A stretch of 64,000 bases of DNA, taken from positions 1-64,000 of the forward strand of contig CAXHZO010000007.1 in the NCBI GenBank assembly GCA_964022095.1, written 5' to 3'. Below, one piece after another: positions 27,627 to 37,389 of this stretch. This DNA comes from an uncultured Arcobacteraceae bacterium. Lineage in GTDB: Bacteria; Campylobacterota; Campylobacteria; Campylobacterales; Arcobacteraceae. The notes beneath the pieces were generated by a model. That model was given only the letters and a program-made list of their open reading frames with translations. It was not told the origin of the DNA and ran no database searches. A program made the position numbers and the translations under genes. The stretch's first letter is position 1. Each line of letters opens with the position of its first letter.

Positions 27627-28862
27627 TTGAATAAAATTTATGATGTAATAGTTATTGGTGGTGGACCTGCTGGAATATTAGCTGCTATTAGTGCAGCTAG
27701 TGAGAACAAATCTGTACTACTTTTAGAGAAACTTTCCAAAATAGCTGCAAAATTAAAAGCAACTGGTGGTGGAAAGTGTAATCTTACAAATACTTTATCA
27801 ACTGATGAATTTATGGGTAAGTTTGGTAAAAATGGAAGATTTATGAGTGATGCATTAAATCAATTTAATGCAGATGATTTAAGAAAATTTTTTTCTAGTA
27901 TAGGAGTTGAAACAATATCAAGAGATGGCTTTAGAGTATTCCCTTTAAATCATAGTTCAAGTATTATTTTAACTGCATTAGATGATGAGATACAAAGACT
28001 TGGAATAGATGTTGAATGTTCAGTAAAGATTGATAAAATACAAAAAGATGAAGAGATATTTACTTTATATTCAAATGATAAGACATATACTTCAAAAAAT
28101 ATCATAATAGCAACTGGTGGTTTAGGTTATCCTGTTCTTGGAGCAACTGGTGATGGATACTCATATGCAAAAGAGTTTGGTCACAAAGTAACTGATACTC
28201 ATCCTGCTATGATGCCTCTTTTTACAAAAGAAAAGAACTTTGCAGCTTGTAAAGCAGATACTATTGCAAAAGCAATACTAAAAGTTGATATCCCAAAATA
28301 TAAGAAGTTAAAATTAACAGGGGATTTAATCTTTACAAAAGATGGTCTTAGAGGTCCTGTTATATTAGACTTCGCAAGAGAGATAACACCAATTCTTGCA
28401 AAATACAATGAAGTTCCACTTTTAATTAGTTTTTTAAAAGGTATGAATGAAGATCAAATATTCTCACATATTAAAAAACAAATTGCAAACAAACCTGAAA
28501 GTACTATTTTAGAAAATTTAGAAACCTTACTAGCAACTAGTGTTGCAACACAAATTTGTAATATCAGTGAAGTTGATACATCTTTAAGATTTAAACAAAT
28601 TGAAGGTCAAAAAAGAGAGAAACTTGTAAAAACATTAGCTTGGACACCATTTACAATCACTGGACATGATGGTTTTAAACATGCCATGATTACAAGAGGT
28701 GGAGTTGATTTAAAACAGATTGATCCAAAAACTATGCAAAGTAAACTAACAAATGGTTTATATTTCTGTGGAGAAGTTGTAAATATCGATGGCCCTTGTG
28801 GTGGATACAATCTTCAATGGTCTTTTTCAAGTGGGTTTTTAGCAGGTAAATTAAAAAGTTAA
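27627..28862 (+). CDS. HI0933/YhiN/BaiN family FAD-dependent oxidoreductase
   Basis: IGGGPAG, ATGGGKCNLTN, ATGGLGYP, TRGGV, GPCGGYNLQ. Confidence 0.93.
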   Translation: MNKIYDVIVIGGGPAGILAAISAASENKSVLLLEKLSKIAAKLKATGGGKCNLTNTLSTDEFMGKFGKNGRFMSDALNQFNADDLRKFFSSIGVETISRDGFRVFPLNHSSSIILTALDDEIQRLGIDVECSVKIDKIQKDEEIFTLYSNDKTYTSKNIIIATGGLGYPVLGATGDGYSYAKEFGHKVTDTHPAMMPLFTKEKNFAACKADTIAKAILKVDIPKYKKLKLTGDLIFTKDGLRGPVILDFAREITPILAKYNEVPLLISFLKGMNEDQIFSHIKKQIANKPESTILENLETLLATSVATQICNISEVDTSLRFKQIEGQKREKLVKTLAWTPFTITGHDGFKHAMITRGGVDLKQIDPKTMQSKLTNGLYFCGEVVNIDGPCGGYNLQWSFSSGFLAGKLKS

Positions 28863-28935
28863 TCTCAGTACATATTTACAAGGAAAATAATATAATCATC
28901 ACTAATATAATAATTAGAAAAGAGAATCTATCCTA

Positions 28936-30792
28936 GTGAATAATTTTAACGACAAGATAAATCTAATATGGCAAATAGCAGAAAGTTTAAGAGGGGTTTA
29001 TAAACCTGAAAAATATGGTGATGTGATATTACCAATATGCGTGATTAAGAGATTTGATGAAATAATAAGTGAAAAAAAAGATGATATAGAAAAAGCTTAC
29101 AATTTATATAAAGATATTCCACAAGAGTCACAAGAAGAGCTTATAAAAACTGAACTTGATGGTTTAGACTTTTATAATATCTCAGTTTTTTCCTTTGATA
29201 ATTTATGTGATGACCAAGATAACCTAAAAGAAAATTTTATAAACTATTTACAAGGGTTTTCTTCAAATATCAAAGATATTATAGCTCACTTTGATTTCAA
29301 CAAAGAGATAGACAAATTAGCAAAAAACAATCAACTTTATCATGTAATAGATGAGTTTAACAACGTAGATTTACACCCAAATAGAGTAGATAATCAAACT
29401 ATGGGTTATATTTTTGAAGAGTTAATTAGAAAGTTTAAAGAAAATGCAGAAGCAGGAGACCACTACACTCCAAGAGAAGTAATCGAGCTTTGTATGAGAA
29501 TGCTTTTTATGGGAAAAGAAAAACAAATCAAAACAAAAGGTAAAGTTATCTCAATAGCTGATTTTTGTTGTGGTACTGGTGGTATGTTATCAGTTGGTCA
29601 CAAAGATATACTAAAACAAAACCCAAGTGCAAAAGTAGAGCTATACGGACAAGAGATAAATGACGAATCTTACGCTATTTGTAAAGCTGATATGCTTATC
29701 AAAGGACAAGATACAAATAACATAGCCTTTGGAAATACACTTACAGATGATGGGCATAAAGGTAAAAACTATAGATTTCTTATCTCAAACCCACCTTTTG
29801 GAGTACAGTGGAAAAAAGAACAAGCTTATGTAAAAGCAGAACATGAATCTTATGGTTTTGAAGGAAGATTTGGAGCAGGAGTACCAAGAGTTAGTGATGG
29901 TTCACTTCTTTTCTTACAAAATATGATAAATAAGATGTATAAAGATGAAGAGGGAAGCCGTCTTGCTATCATCTTCAATGGCTCACCACTTTTCACAGGT
30001 GATGCAGGTAGTGGTGAGAGTGAAATAAGACGATGGATTATTGAAAAAGATATGTTAGAAGGAATTATATCTTTACCAACTGACCTTTTTTACAATACGG
30101 GGATTTCTACATATATTTGGGTTCTTAGCACATCAAAAAGTGATGAGAGAAAAGGCAAAATACAGCTTGTAAATGGAAGTGAGTTTTCAAAATCTATGAG
30201 AAAATCACTTGGAAGTAAAAGAAAGTTTATAAGTGATGAACAAATAGAAGAGTTAGAAGCATACTATAAAGAGTTTGATAACTATAAAGATTCTAAATAC
30301 TCTAAAGTATTTGATAATAGTGATTTTGGTTTTACAAAAGTTACAGTGGAGCGACCAAAGAATCTAGCTGAAATACTTGAAGATGAAAAAGACAAAGATA
30401 AGTTTTATACAATTGCTCCAACGGTAAGAGAAGTTGTAGAAGAAAAGTTATTGGAAATAGAAGAAAAAAGATTAGAGTTTAAATCTAAAAAAGAATTTCT
30501 TTCTTTTCTTGGGGTGACTTTAACTGCTTCAAGACAAAATGTACTAATATCAAAAGATAGTGAATCAATACCACTTAAAAAAGATATACAAGAGTACTAC
30601 AAAGAAGAGGTAAAACCTCATTTAGTTTCATCATGGCTTGATGAAAGTACTTTTGATAACATAGGTTATGAAATACCTTTTACTAGACACTTTTATGAGT
30701 ATAAAAAGCTAGATAGTTTTGAAAATATCATGGTAGATATAAAAGAGCTAGAATCTAGTATAAATGATAATTTAAAAGAGTTGTTAGCCTAA
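28936..30792 (+). CDS. hsdM: Type I R-M system methyltransferase subunit
   Basis: AGDHYTPREV, DFCCGTGGML (motif I), SNPPFG (motif IV), FYNTGISTY. Confidence 0.96.
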   Translation: MNNFNDKINLIWQIAESLRGVYKPEKYGDVILPICVIKRFDEIISEKKDDIEKAYNLYKDIPQESQEELIKTELDGLDFYNISVFSFDNLCDDQDNLKENFINYLQGFSSNIKDIIAHFDFNKEIDKLAKNNQLYHVIDEFNNVDLHPNRVDNQTMGYIFEELIRKFKENAEAGDHYTPREVIELCMRMLFMGKEKQIKTKGKVISIADFCCGTGGMLSVGHKDILKQNPSAKVELYGQEINDESYAICKADMLIKGQDTNNIAFGNTLTDDGHKGKNYRFLISNPPFGVQWKKEQAYVKAEHESYGFEGRFGAGVPRVSDGSLLFLQNMINKMYKDEEGSRLAIIFNGSPLFTGDAGSGESEIRRWIIEKDMLEGIISLPTDLFYNTGISTYIWVLSTSKSDERKGKIQLVNGSEFSKSMRKSLGSKRKFISDEQIEELEAYYKEFDNYKDSKYSKVFDNSDFGFTKVTVERPKNLAEILEDEKDKDKFYTIAPTVREVVEEKLLEIEEKRLEFKSKKEFLSFLGVTLTASRQNVLISKDSESIPLKKDIQEYYKEEVKPHLVSSWLDESTFDNIGYEIPFTRHFYEYKKLDSFENIMVDIKELESSINDNLKELLA

Positions 30793-32156
30793 TGCAATAT
30801 AGAGTAAGAAAACAAAGTGAGCTTAAGCCAAGTGGTGTTGAGTGGCTTGGAGATATTCCAAATACATGGAGTTTTTCTAGACTAAGTTATAATATAAAAT
30901 TATTAAATGGTTATGCATTCAGTTCTACAATACATCACGGTGATGGCATTAATATTATCAAAATGAGTAACTTAAAGGATGGTAATATAATCTTTAAGGA
31001 TAATAATCAAAAGTTTAATATTACTGATAAGTTGAGTAAATTTCTTTTAAAGGAAAATGATATTTTAATTGGATTATCTGGTAGTATTGAAAACTTTGCA
31101 GTAGTAAAAAACAACCACTTACCAGCATATTTAAATCAGAGAGTATGTTCTTTGAGGGCGACAAATAATATATTAAATCAATTTATATGTTATATTATTC
31201 TTAGTAAATATTTTAAAGAACAGATTCAAGTTAATATAACAGGTTCTACAATTGTTAACTTAAGTACTGAATCATTAGAACGTGTAAAAGTTTTAGTTCC
31301 CAATATTTCTAAACAAGAGAAAATAATATTCTTCTTGAATAAAAAAACACAAATATTCGATGACTCTATCTCAAAAAAAGAGGAGCTTATCACTAAACTT
31401 GAAAAGGCAAAACAATCTTTGATAAGTGAAGTAGTGACAGGAAAACTAAAAGTTATCGAAAAAAATGAAAAACTACAAACTATAAAAAGAGAAAAAGAAG
31501 AACTAAAACCAAGTAAGGTTGAATGGCTTGGGTATATTCCAAAAGATTGGCAAGTTAAAAAATTAGGATATGTCTTCAAATTTAAAAATGGTGTAAATGC
31601 TGATTCCTCAAGCTATGGAAAAGGTTTAAAGTTTATTAATGTAAAAGAGACTATTAATACTGATTTTATTTTAGAAAAAGATATAGAAGGTTCAGTTAAT
31701 GTTCCTGAATCTATTATAAAAGAAAATTTACTCCAAAAAGGGGATGTACTTTTTAATAGAACATCTGAAACAGCTGAGGAAATAGCTTTAAGTACGGTTT
31801 ATTATGATGATGCAAAAGCTTTATTTGGTGGCTTTGTTATAAGAGGACGACAAATTACAAATGATTTAGATTTGGATTTTAAAAGATACTGTTTTCAATC
31901 ATATGAAATAAGAAAACAAATAATATCATTTGCTAGTGGAAGTATTAGAAAAAATATCGCACAAACAAATTTAAAAGATGTATATCTTACTTTTCCAAAT
32001 ATAGATGAACAAAAACAAATATCAAAATACCTTGACGAAAAAATAAAAACATTTGATAACACAATCGAAAAAACAAAACAAAGCATAACAAAACTAAAAC
32101 AAGCCAAAGAATCACTTATCAGTGAAGCAGTGACAGGAAAAATTGAGATTTTATAA
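30792..32156 (+). CDS. hsdS: Type I R-M system specificity subunit
   Basis: Two TRDs each preceded by KPSxVEWLGxIP and followed by SLISExVTGK conserved repeats. Confidence 0.95.
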   Translation: MQYRVRKQSELKPSGVEWLGDIPNTWSFSRLSYNIKLLNGYAFSSTIHHGDGINIIKMSNLKDGNIIFKDNNQKFNITDKLSKFLLKENDILIGLSGSIENFAVVKNNHLPAYLNQRVCSLRATNNILNQFICYIILSKYFKEQIQVNITGSTIVNLSTESLERVKVLVPNISKQEKIIFFLNKKTQIFDDSISKKEELITKLEKAKQSLISEVVTGKLKVIEKNEKLQTIKREKEELKPSKVEWLGYIPKDWQVKKLGYVFKFKNGVNADSSSYGKGLKFINVKETINTDFILEKDIEGSVNVPESIIKENLLQKGDVLFNRTSETAEEIALSTVYYDDAKALFGGFVIRGRQITNDLDLDFKRYCFQSYEIRKQIISFASGSIRKNIAQTNLKDVYLTFPNIDEQKQISKYLDEKIKTFDNTIEKTKQSITKLKQAKESLISEAVTGKIEIL

Positions 32157-32165
32157 AGGAAAAAG

Positions 32166-33194
32166 ATGAGCGAATTAATAGAAAACAAAAACTTACTAAA
32201 TGAATTAAAACTTTTAATCAGTGATACAAAACAGAAAGTAACTATTAGTGTAAACTCATCTTTAACACTTCTTTATTGGAATATTGGTAAAAAAATTCAA
32301 GATGATATTATCAAAACTGATAGGGCAAATTATGGAGAGCAAATTGTGCAGACAGTGAGTGCACAATTGGTCAAAGAGTTTGGTAAAGGTTATGCCAAAA
32401 GAAATATTTTGAATATGATTAGGTTTTATAAGGTCTTTTCTGATGAAAGAAAAGTGCATTCACTGAGTACACAATTGTCTTGGACTCATTTTAAAACATT
32501 GATTTATATAGAAGATGAACTAAAAAGAACTTTTTATATAGAAATGACAAAGCTTGACAAGTGGAGTACAAGAACTTTACAAGATAGAATAGACTCACAA
32601 CTTTATGAAAGAACAGCTTTATCTAAAAAAAGTGATGAGCTTATATCAACTGAACTTAAAAACCTAAAACAAGGTGAAGTAAAAACAAATATGCTTTTAA
32701 AAGACCCCTATGTTTTAGACTTTTTAGAGTTAAAAGATAGATATTTAGAAAAAGATTTAGAAGATGCTATTTTAAGAGATATAGAGAGTTTTATATTGGA
32801 GCTTGGACATGGTTTTACTTTTGTGGCAAGACAAAAAAGAGTTCAAATAGGCGATGATGATTTTTATATTGATTTACTTTTTTATAATAGAAAATTAAAA
32901 AGATTAATAGCTATTGATTTAAAACTAGGAAGATTTAAAGCTGAGTATAAAGGTCAAATGGAATTATACTTAAAATACTTAGAAAAATATGAGATGGAAG
33001 AGGGTGAACAAAGCCCTATGGGAATCATACTATGCTCTTCAAAAAATGAAGAGCAAATAGAGTTACTTGAACTTGAAAAAAGCTCAATTCATGTGGCAAA
33101 ATACCTTACGATACTTCCACCAAAAGATGAGTTTGAAAAAAGACTTCATCAAGCTATACAAAAAGCAAAAGAAAAATATCAAATCAAGGAATAG
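32166..33194 (+). CDS. YhcG / DUF1016 PD-(D/E)xK nuclease-like protein
   Basis: LYWNIGK, LSWTHF, WSTRTL, KDPYVLDFL, ELGHGF, YIDLLFY, IDLKLG. Confidence 0.93.
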   Translation: MSELIENKNLLNELKLLISDTKQKVTISVNSSLTLLYWNIGKKIQDDIIKTDRANYGEQIVQTVSAQLVKEFGKGYAKRNILNMIRFYKVFSDERKVHSLSTQLSWTHFKTLIYIEDELKRTFYIEMTKLDKWSTRTLQDRIDSQLYERTALSKKSDELISTELKNLKQGEVKTNMLLKDPYVLDFLELKDRYLEKDLEDAILRDIESFILELGHGFTFVARQKRVQIGDDDFYIDLLFYNRKLKRLIAIDLKLGRFKAEYKGQMELYLKYLEKYEMEEGEQSPMGIILCSSKNEEQIELLELEKSSIHVAKYLTILPPKDEFEKRLHQAIQKAKEKYQIKE

Positions 33195-33197
33195 TTT

Positions 33198-36167
33198 ATG
33201 GCTCAGATTTTAGAAAAAGACATAGAGGAACTTATAGAAGATTCTCTTATTGACAATGGATATAGACAAACAAAAAGTGAAGAGTTTGATAAAAAATATT
33301 GTTTTAATAAGCTTGATATGATAAAGTTTTTAGAGGAAACTCAAAGTGAACTATTAGAAGAGTTTAAAAGCTCTCGTCCTCAAAACTGGCAAGAAAAACT
33401 ACTTGATTTAATAAGCTTGGATATTAAAAGAAAAGGCTTGATAAAAGTACTAAGAGAAGGAGTTGAGGATTTTTCTTTGTCTTCAAATCTAAAGCTAGTA
33501 TATTTCAAACCAAACAACAATAAAAACCTAGATACTGTAGAAAGGTATGAGAAAAATAGGTTTTCTATTACTAGGCAACTTTACTTTGAAAATACAGCAA
33601 AAACTTCTATTGATTTAGTACTGTTTCTAAATGGACTTCCAATAGTTGTAATGGAGCTAAAAAACAAATACACAGGTCAAAACACAAAAGAAGCAGAAAA
33701 ACAATTTAGACTTGATAGAAGTTATAAAAATACACTAACACAGTTTAACCAAAGAGCATTGATATATTTTGCTTTAGATAATGATGAGGTATCAATGGCT
33801 ACAGAGCTTAAAGGAAAAGATACTTTCTTTTTACCTTTTAACAAAGGTTTTGAAAATGGATCAGGAAATCCAATCGTTAAAGGTAAGTTAAAAACACATT
33901 ATTTATGGGAAGAAATACTTTTAAAAGACTCTTTACTTGATATATTCAGAAACTTTTATTTTATTCAAGAAGATACAAAAACAGATAAAAAAATAGCAAT
34001 ATTTCCAAGGTTTCATCAACTAGATGTGGTGAAAAGTTTAGAGAAAACAGTTAAAGAAGAAAAGTCAGGACATAAGTATCTTCTACAACATAGTGCAGGA
34101 AGTGGTAAGACAAACTCTATTTCGTGGCTGGCTCACAGACTTTCAAAACTGCATGACGAAGAAGAAAATCCTATCTTTGATAGTGTATTAGTCCTAACTG
34201 ATAGAAAGGTATTAGATAAACAGCTTCAAGACGCTATTTATCAACTTGATAAAACAAGGGGAATAGTAGTAAAAATAGATAAAAACAAAACTTCAAAAGA
34301 TTTGGCAGAAGCTTTAAAAAAAGGCTCAAAGATTATTATTACTACTATTCAAAAATTTTCACACGCATATAAAGAACTAGATAAATTAGATAAGAAAAAG
34401 TATGCCATTATCATAGATGAAGCACACTCAAGTACAAGTGGTGAAAATATGAACTATCTTAAGCTTTCCCTTGCAGGAAAAACACTAGAAGAAGCAAAAG
34501 AGTTAGAAAAACAGTATGATGAGACAAGTGAAGATAAACTAAATAATATCATAGATGCTATTACAAATACAGGACATTTGAGTTTCTTTGCTTTTACTGC
34601 AACGCCAAAAGATAAAACTATGCAAATTTTTGGAAGAGAGGGCAAAGATGATAAGCCCCATGAGTTCCATCTTTATTCTATGCGACAAGCAATTGAAGAA
34701 GGATTTATCTTAGACCCTCTTAGAAACTATATGGTAAGTGATACTTATTTTAAAATTGGTAAAAAAATCAAAGATAATCCAGAGTTTGAAAAAACAGCAG
34801 CCAATAAAGCTATAGGTACATTTATAAACCTACACGAACATAATATTGAACAAAAAGTTGAAACTATAGTAGAAGATTTTATGGCAAATAGACAAGGATG
34901 GTTAAAACAAAAAGCAAAAGCTATGATAGTTACTGGTTCAAGACTTCATGCTTTAAAGTATAAGTTGGCTATGGATAAGTACTTAGCTTCAAACTACCCA
35001 CATATCAAGTCACTTATAGCGTTTTCAGGTGAGCTTGAAATGGATGAAGAAAAATACACAGAAGAGAGCGTAAATCACATAAAAGAGAGTGAATTACCTG
35101 AGGTATTTGATACAGTAAATGAAGTAAAGTTTTTAATAGTTGCTGATAAATACCAAACAGGCTTTGACCAGCCAAAACTTTGTGCTATGTATGTTGATAA
35201 AATGCTAAATGGCGTAACATCAGTCCAAACACTATCAAGACTAAATAGAGTTACAAAAGGCAAAGATAATACTTTTGTATTAGACTTTGTAAATGAAGTA
35301 GATACGATACGGGAATCTTTTGCTAGATATTACACAGCTTCAAATATACAAAAAGTAACTGACCCAAATATCGTGTTTGAGTTCTATCATAAAATTGATG
35401 AGTTTCATATCTGTTATCAAGATGAGATAAGTGAGTATTGTAAATTGTACTTTAAAGATGAAAGAGATGTTTCAGATATTGCAAATATGGATAATCTCGT
35501 AAATTTTGCTATTGAGCGATTTTTAAAGCTTGATGATGAGAAAAAACAAGAAGAGTTTAAAACATATGTGATTAAGTATTTTAGGTCATATAACTTTTTG
35601 ATGCAAATTTATGCATTTAGAAAACTGAGTTTATATGAAATGTATATTTTCTTAGGCTCACTAATCAAAAAGTTCCCTAAAGATAATACCTTTACAAAAC
35701 TAGAATTAGATGAATTACTTAGCCTTGATTTTTATAAACTAAAAAGAATGAATGGTACAGAAACAAAAGGTGAAGATATATCACTTGAAAGAGGTGATGA
35801 AAAAGAGTTAAAAGGCTTTTCAAGTGGTGGAAGTAGAAAAAAAGATAAAGTTGAAGAGGATTTAGATAGTTTAATTCAAAGAATAAATGACCTATTTGGG
35901 ATGGATTTAAGCGAAGAAGATAGACTGGCTTTCTATGACCAACCTTTACAATCTCATATGGCAAATGAAGAGTTAAAAGATATTGCAACTGTGAATAACT
36001 ACGATGAGTTTGAAACACAGTTTAAAAAAGACTTTTTCTTAAAAACAATAGTAAATAAAAAAAGTGTGAATGAAGAGTTGTTTCATAAGATATTTACAGA
36101 TAGTAGTTTTAAGTCATATTTGATTGAAAATATGTCTAAGGAGTTATATAGACATTTTAATAGTTAA
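33198..36167 (+). CDS. hsdR: Type I R-M system restriction subunit
   Basis: IDLVLFLNGLP..ELK nuclease motif, QHSAGSGKT, IIDEAHSS, FTATPK, QTGFDQP, QTLSRLNR. Confidence 0.96.
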   Translation: MAQILEKDIEELIEDSLIDNGYRQTKSEEFDKKYCFNKLDMIKFLEETQSELLEEFKSSRPQNWQEKLLDLISLDIKRKGLIKVLREGVEDFSLSSNLKLVYFKPNNNKNLDTVERYEKNRFSITRQLYFENTAKTSIDLVLFLNGLPIVVMELKNKYTGQNTKEAEKQFRLDRSYKNTLTQFNQRALIYFALDNDEVSMATELKGKDTFFLPFNKGFENGSGNPIVKGKLKTHYLWEEILLKDSLLDIFRNFYFIQEDTKTDKKIAIFPRFHQLDVVKSLEKTVKEEKSGHKYLLQHSAGSGKTNSISWLAHRLSKLHDEEENPIFDSVLVLTDRKVLDKQLQDAIYQLDKTRGIVVKIDKNKTSKDLAEALKKGSKIIITTIQKFSHAYKELDKLDKKKYAIIIDEAHSSTSGENMNYLKLSLAGKTLEEAKELEKQYDETSEDKLNNIIDAITNTGHLSFFAFTATPKDKTMQIFGREGKDDKPHEFHLYSMRQAIEEGFILDPLRNYMVSDTYFKIGKKIKDNPEFEKTAANKAIGTFINLHEHNIEQKVETIVEDFMANRQGWLKQKAKAMIVTGSRLHALKYKLAMDKYLASNYPHIKSLIAFSGELEMDEEKYTEESVNHIKESELPEVFDTVNEVKFLIVADKYQTGFDQPKLCAMYVDKMLNGVTSVQTLSRLNRVTKGKDNTFVLDFVNEVDTIRESFARYYTASNIQKVTDPNIVFEFYHKIDEFHICYQDEISEYCKLYFKDERDVSDIANMDNLVNFAIERFLKLDDEKKQEEFKTYVIKYFRSYNFLMQIYAFRKLSLYEMYIFLGSLIKKFPKDNTFTKLELDELLSLDFYKLKRMNGTETKGEDISLERGDEKELKGFSSGGSRKKDKVEEDLDSLIQRINDLFGMDLSEEDRLAFYDQPLQSHMANEELKDIATVNNYDEFETQFKKDFFLKTIVNKKSVNEELFHKIFTDSSFKSYLIENMSKELYRHFNS

Positions 36168-36183
36168 TTGTAGTTTAAAATTA

Positions 36184-36205
36184 TTTTGTTCTAAAAATAC
36201 ATAAG
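36184..36205. promoter_or_regulatory. 22-bp quasi-palindromic operator, copy 2 (hypB promoter)
   Basis: TTTTGTTCTAAAAATACATAAG; 13 nt upstream of TATACT (36219-36224). Confidence 0.75.
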
Positions 36206-36254
36206 AAATTAAAAAAATTATACTTCCTTTAGACTTTTTGAGTTAAACTTTATA

Positions 36255-36274
36255 AAATGAATAGAGATTCACAA
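36255..36274 (+). promoter_or_regulatory. ATGAAT-N4-ATTCAC operator in hypB leader
   Basis: 16/20 identical to 4730-4749; three of the four mismatches fall in the spacer. Confidence 0.55.
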
Positions 36275-36303
36275 AAGACTTAACAATAAAAAAGGAATAA
36301 AAT

Positions 36304-37092
36304 ATGTGTAAAGATTGCGGTTGTAGTATAACAGACCATCACCACCACGATCATGACCATAGTCATGACCATGCACACTCACATGATAGTGCTTCACATC
36401 AAGCAGCTCATGAAACACTTCATCATAACCCTCAATTAAATGATGCAAAGACAGTTTCAGTAATCAAAAAAATTCTTGATAAAAATGACCATGAAGCTTC
36501 TCACAACAGAGCTCATTTTGATAACCACAAAGTTTTAGGAATAAACTTAATGTCAAGTCCAGGTAGTGGTAAGACTACTTTACTAGAGCATATGGCTGAT
36601 TTAGTTGATTTTAAATATGGTGTTGTTGAAGGTGATTTAGAAACAAATAGAGATGCTGATAGATTAATTGCAAAAGATATTAAAGCAGTTCAAATTCAAA
36701 CTGGTAGTGCATGTCATTTAGATGCGTTTATGGTCCATAAAGGTTTACATGATATGCCTTTAGATGATTTAGATGTATGTTTTGTAGAAAATGTAGGAAA
36801 TTTAGTTTGTCCCGCTTCTTATGATGTAGGAACGCATTTAAATATAGTACTTGTAAGTGTACCAGAGGGTGAAGATAAGATTGCTAAATATCCAGTTATG
36901 TTTAGAGCAGCAGATTTAATACTTATTACAAAAACTGATTTACTTCCATACTTTGAATATGATATAGAAAAAGAAAAAGCAGAAGCTAGAAAACTAAAAC
37001 CAAATGTAGATATCTTAGAAGTAAGTACAAAAGATAAAGATTCAATGCAAGCAGTTGTTGATTGGATTAATTTTAAAAGAAAGATGAGATAG
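36304..37092 (+). CDS. hypB: Hydrogenase nickel-incorporation GTPase HypB
   Basis: MCKDCGC, His-rich linker, SSPGSGKTT, ACHLDA, ENVGNLVCP, TKTDL. Confidence 0.98.
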   Translation: MCKDCGCSITDHHHHDHDHSHDHAHSHDSASHQAAHETLHHNPQLNDAKTVSVIKKILDKNDHEASHNRAHFDNHKVLGINLMSSPGSGKTTLLEHMADLVDFKYGVVEGDLETNRDADRLIAKDIKAVQIQTGSACHLDAFMVHKGLHDMPLDDLDVCFVENVGNLVCPASYDVGTHLNIVLVSVPEGEDKIAKYPVMFRAADLILITKTDLLPYFEYDIEKEKAEARKLKPNVDILEVSTKDKDSMQAVVDWINFKRKMR

Positions 37093-37096
37093 TAAT

Positions 37097-37378
37097 ATGT
37101 GTTTATCAATACCTTCAAAAATTAAAAGTATAGATACGCAAATGAATACTTGTGTAGTAGATACTATGGGAGTTGAAAGAAGTGCTAGTTTAGATTTAAT
37201 AGATAAAGAAGTACAAATAGGGGATTATGTATTAATTCATATTGGTTTTGCTATGAATAAGATTGATGAAGAGGATGCCTTAGAGTCACTAAAAGTCTAT
37301 CAAGAGATAATTGATAAGATGGAAGAAGAAGATCGCTTAGCAGCAATTGAAGAATCTGATAATTGTCCCAATAGATAA
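37097..37378 (+). CDS. hypC: Hydrogenase assembly chaperone HypC
   Basis: MCLSIP, GDYVLIHIGFAM. Confidence 0.97.
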   Translation: MCLSIPSKIKSIDTQMNTCVVDTMGVERSASLDLIDKEVQIGDYVLIHIGFAMNKIDEEDALESLKVYQEIIDKMEEEDRLAAIEESDNCPNR

Positions 37379-37389
37379 GTAGAAATATT

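Noticed and set aside
28855-28880. Target-site duplication or third operator copy at the left edge of the R-M cassette
   Set aside because: Only AGTTAAT (shared with the hsdR end, and containing the stop codons) and a half-site GTACATA match; too short to be meaningful in AT-rich DNA.
30792-32156. Invertible hsdS shufflon
   Set aside because: Only one hsdS, the repeats are direct rather than inverted, and there is no recombinase or silent TRD nearby.
36322-36426. CAYGAY-type DNA repeats in hypB as a repeat element
   Set aside because: They encode the known His-rich nickel-binding linker of HypB.
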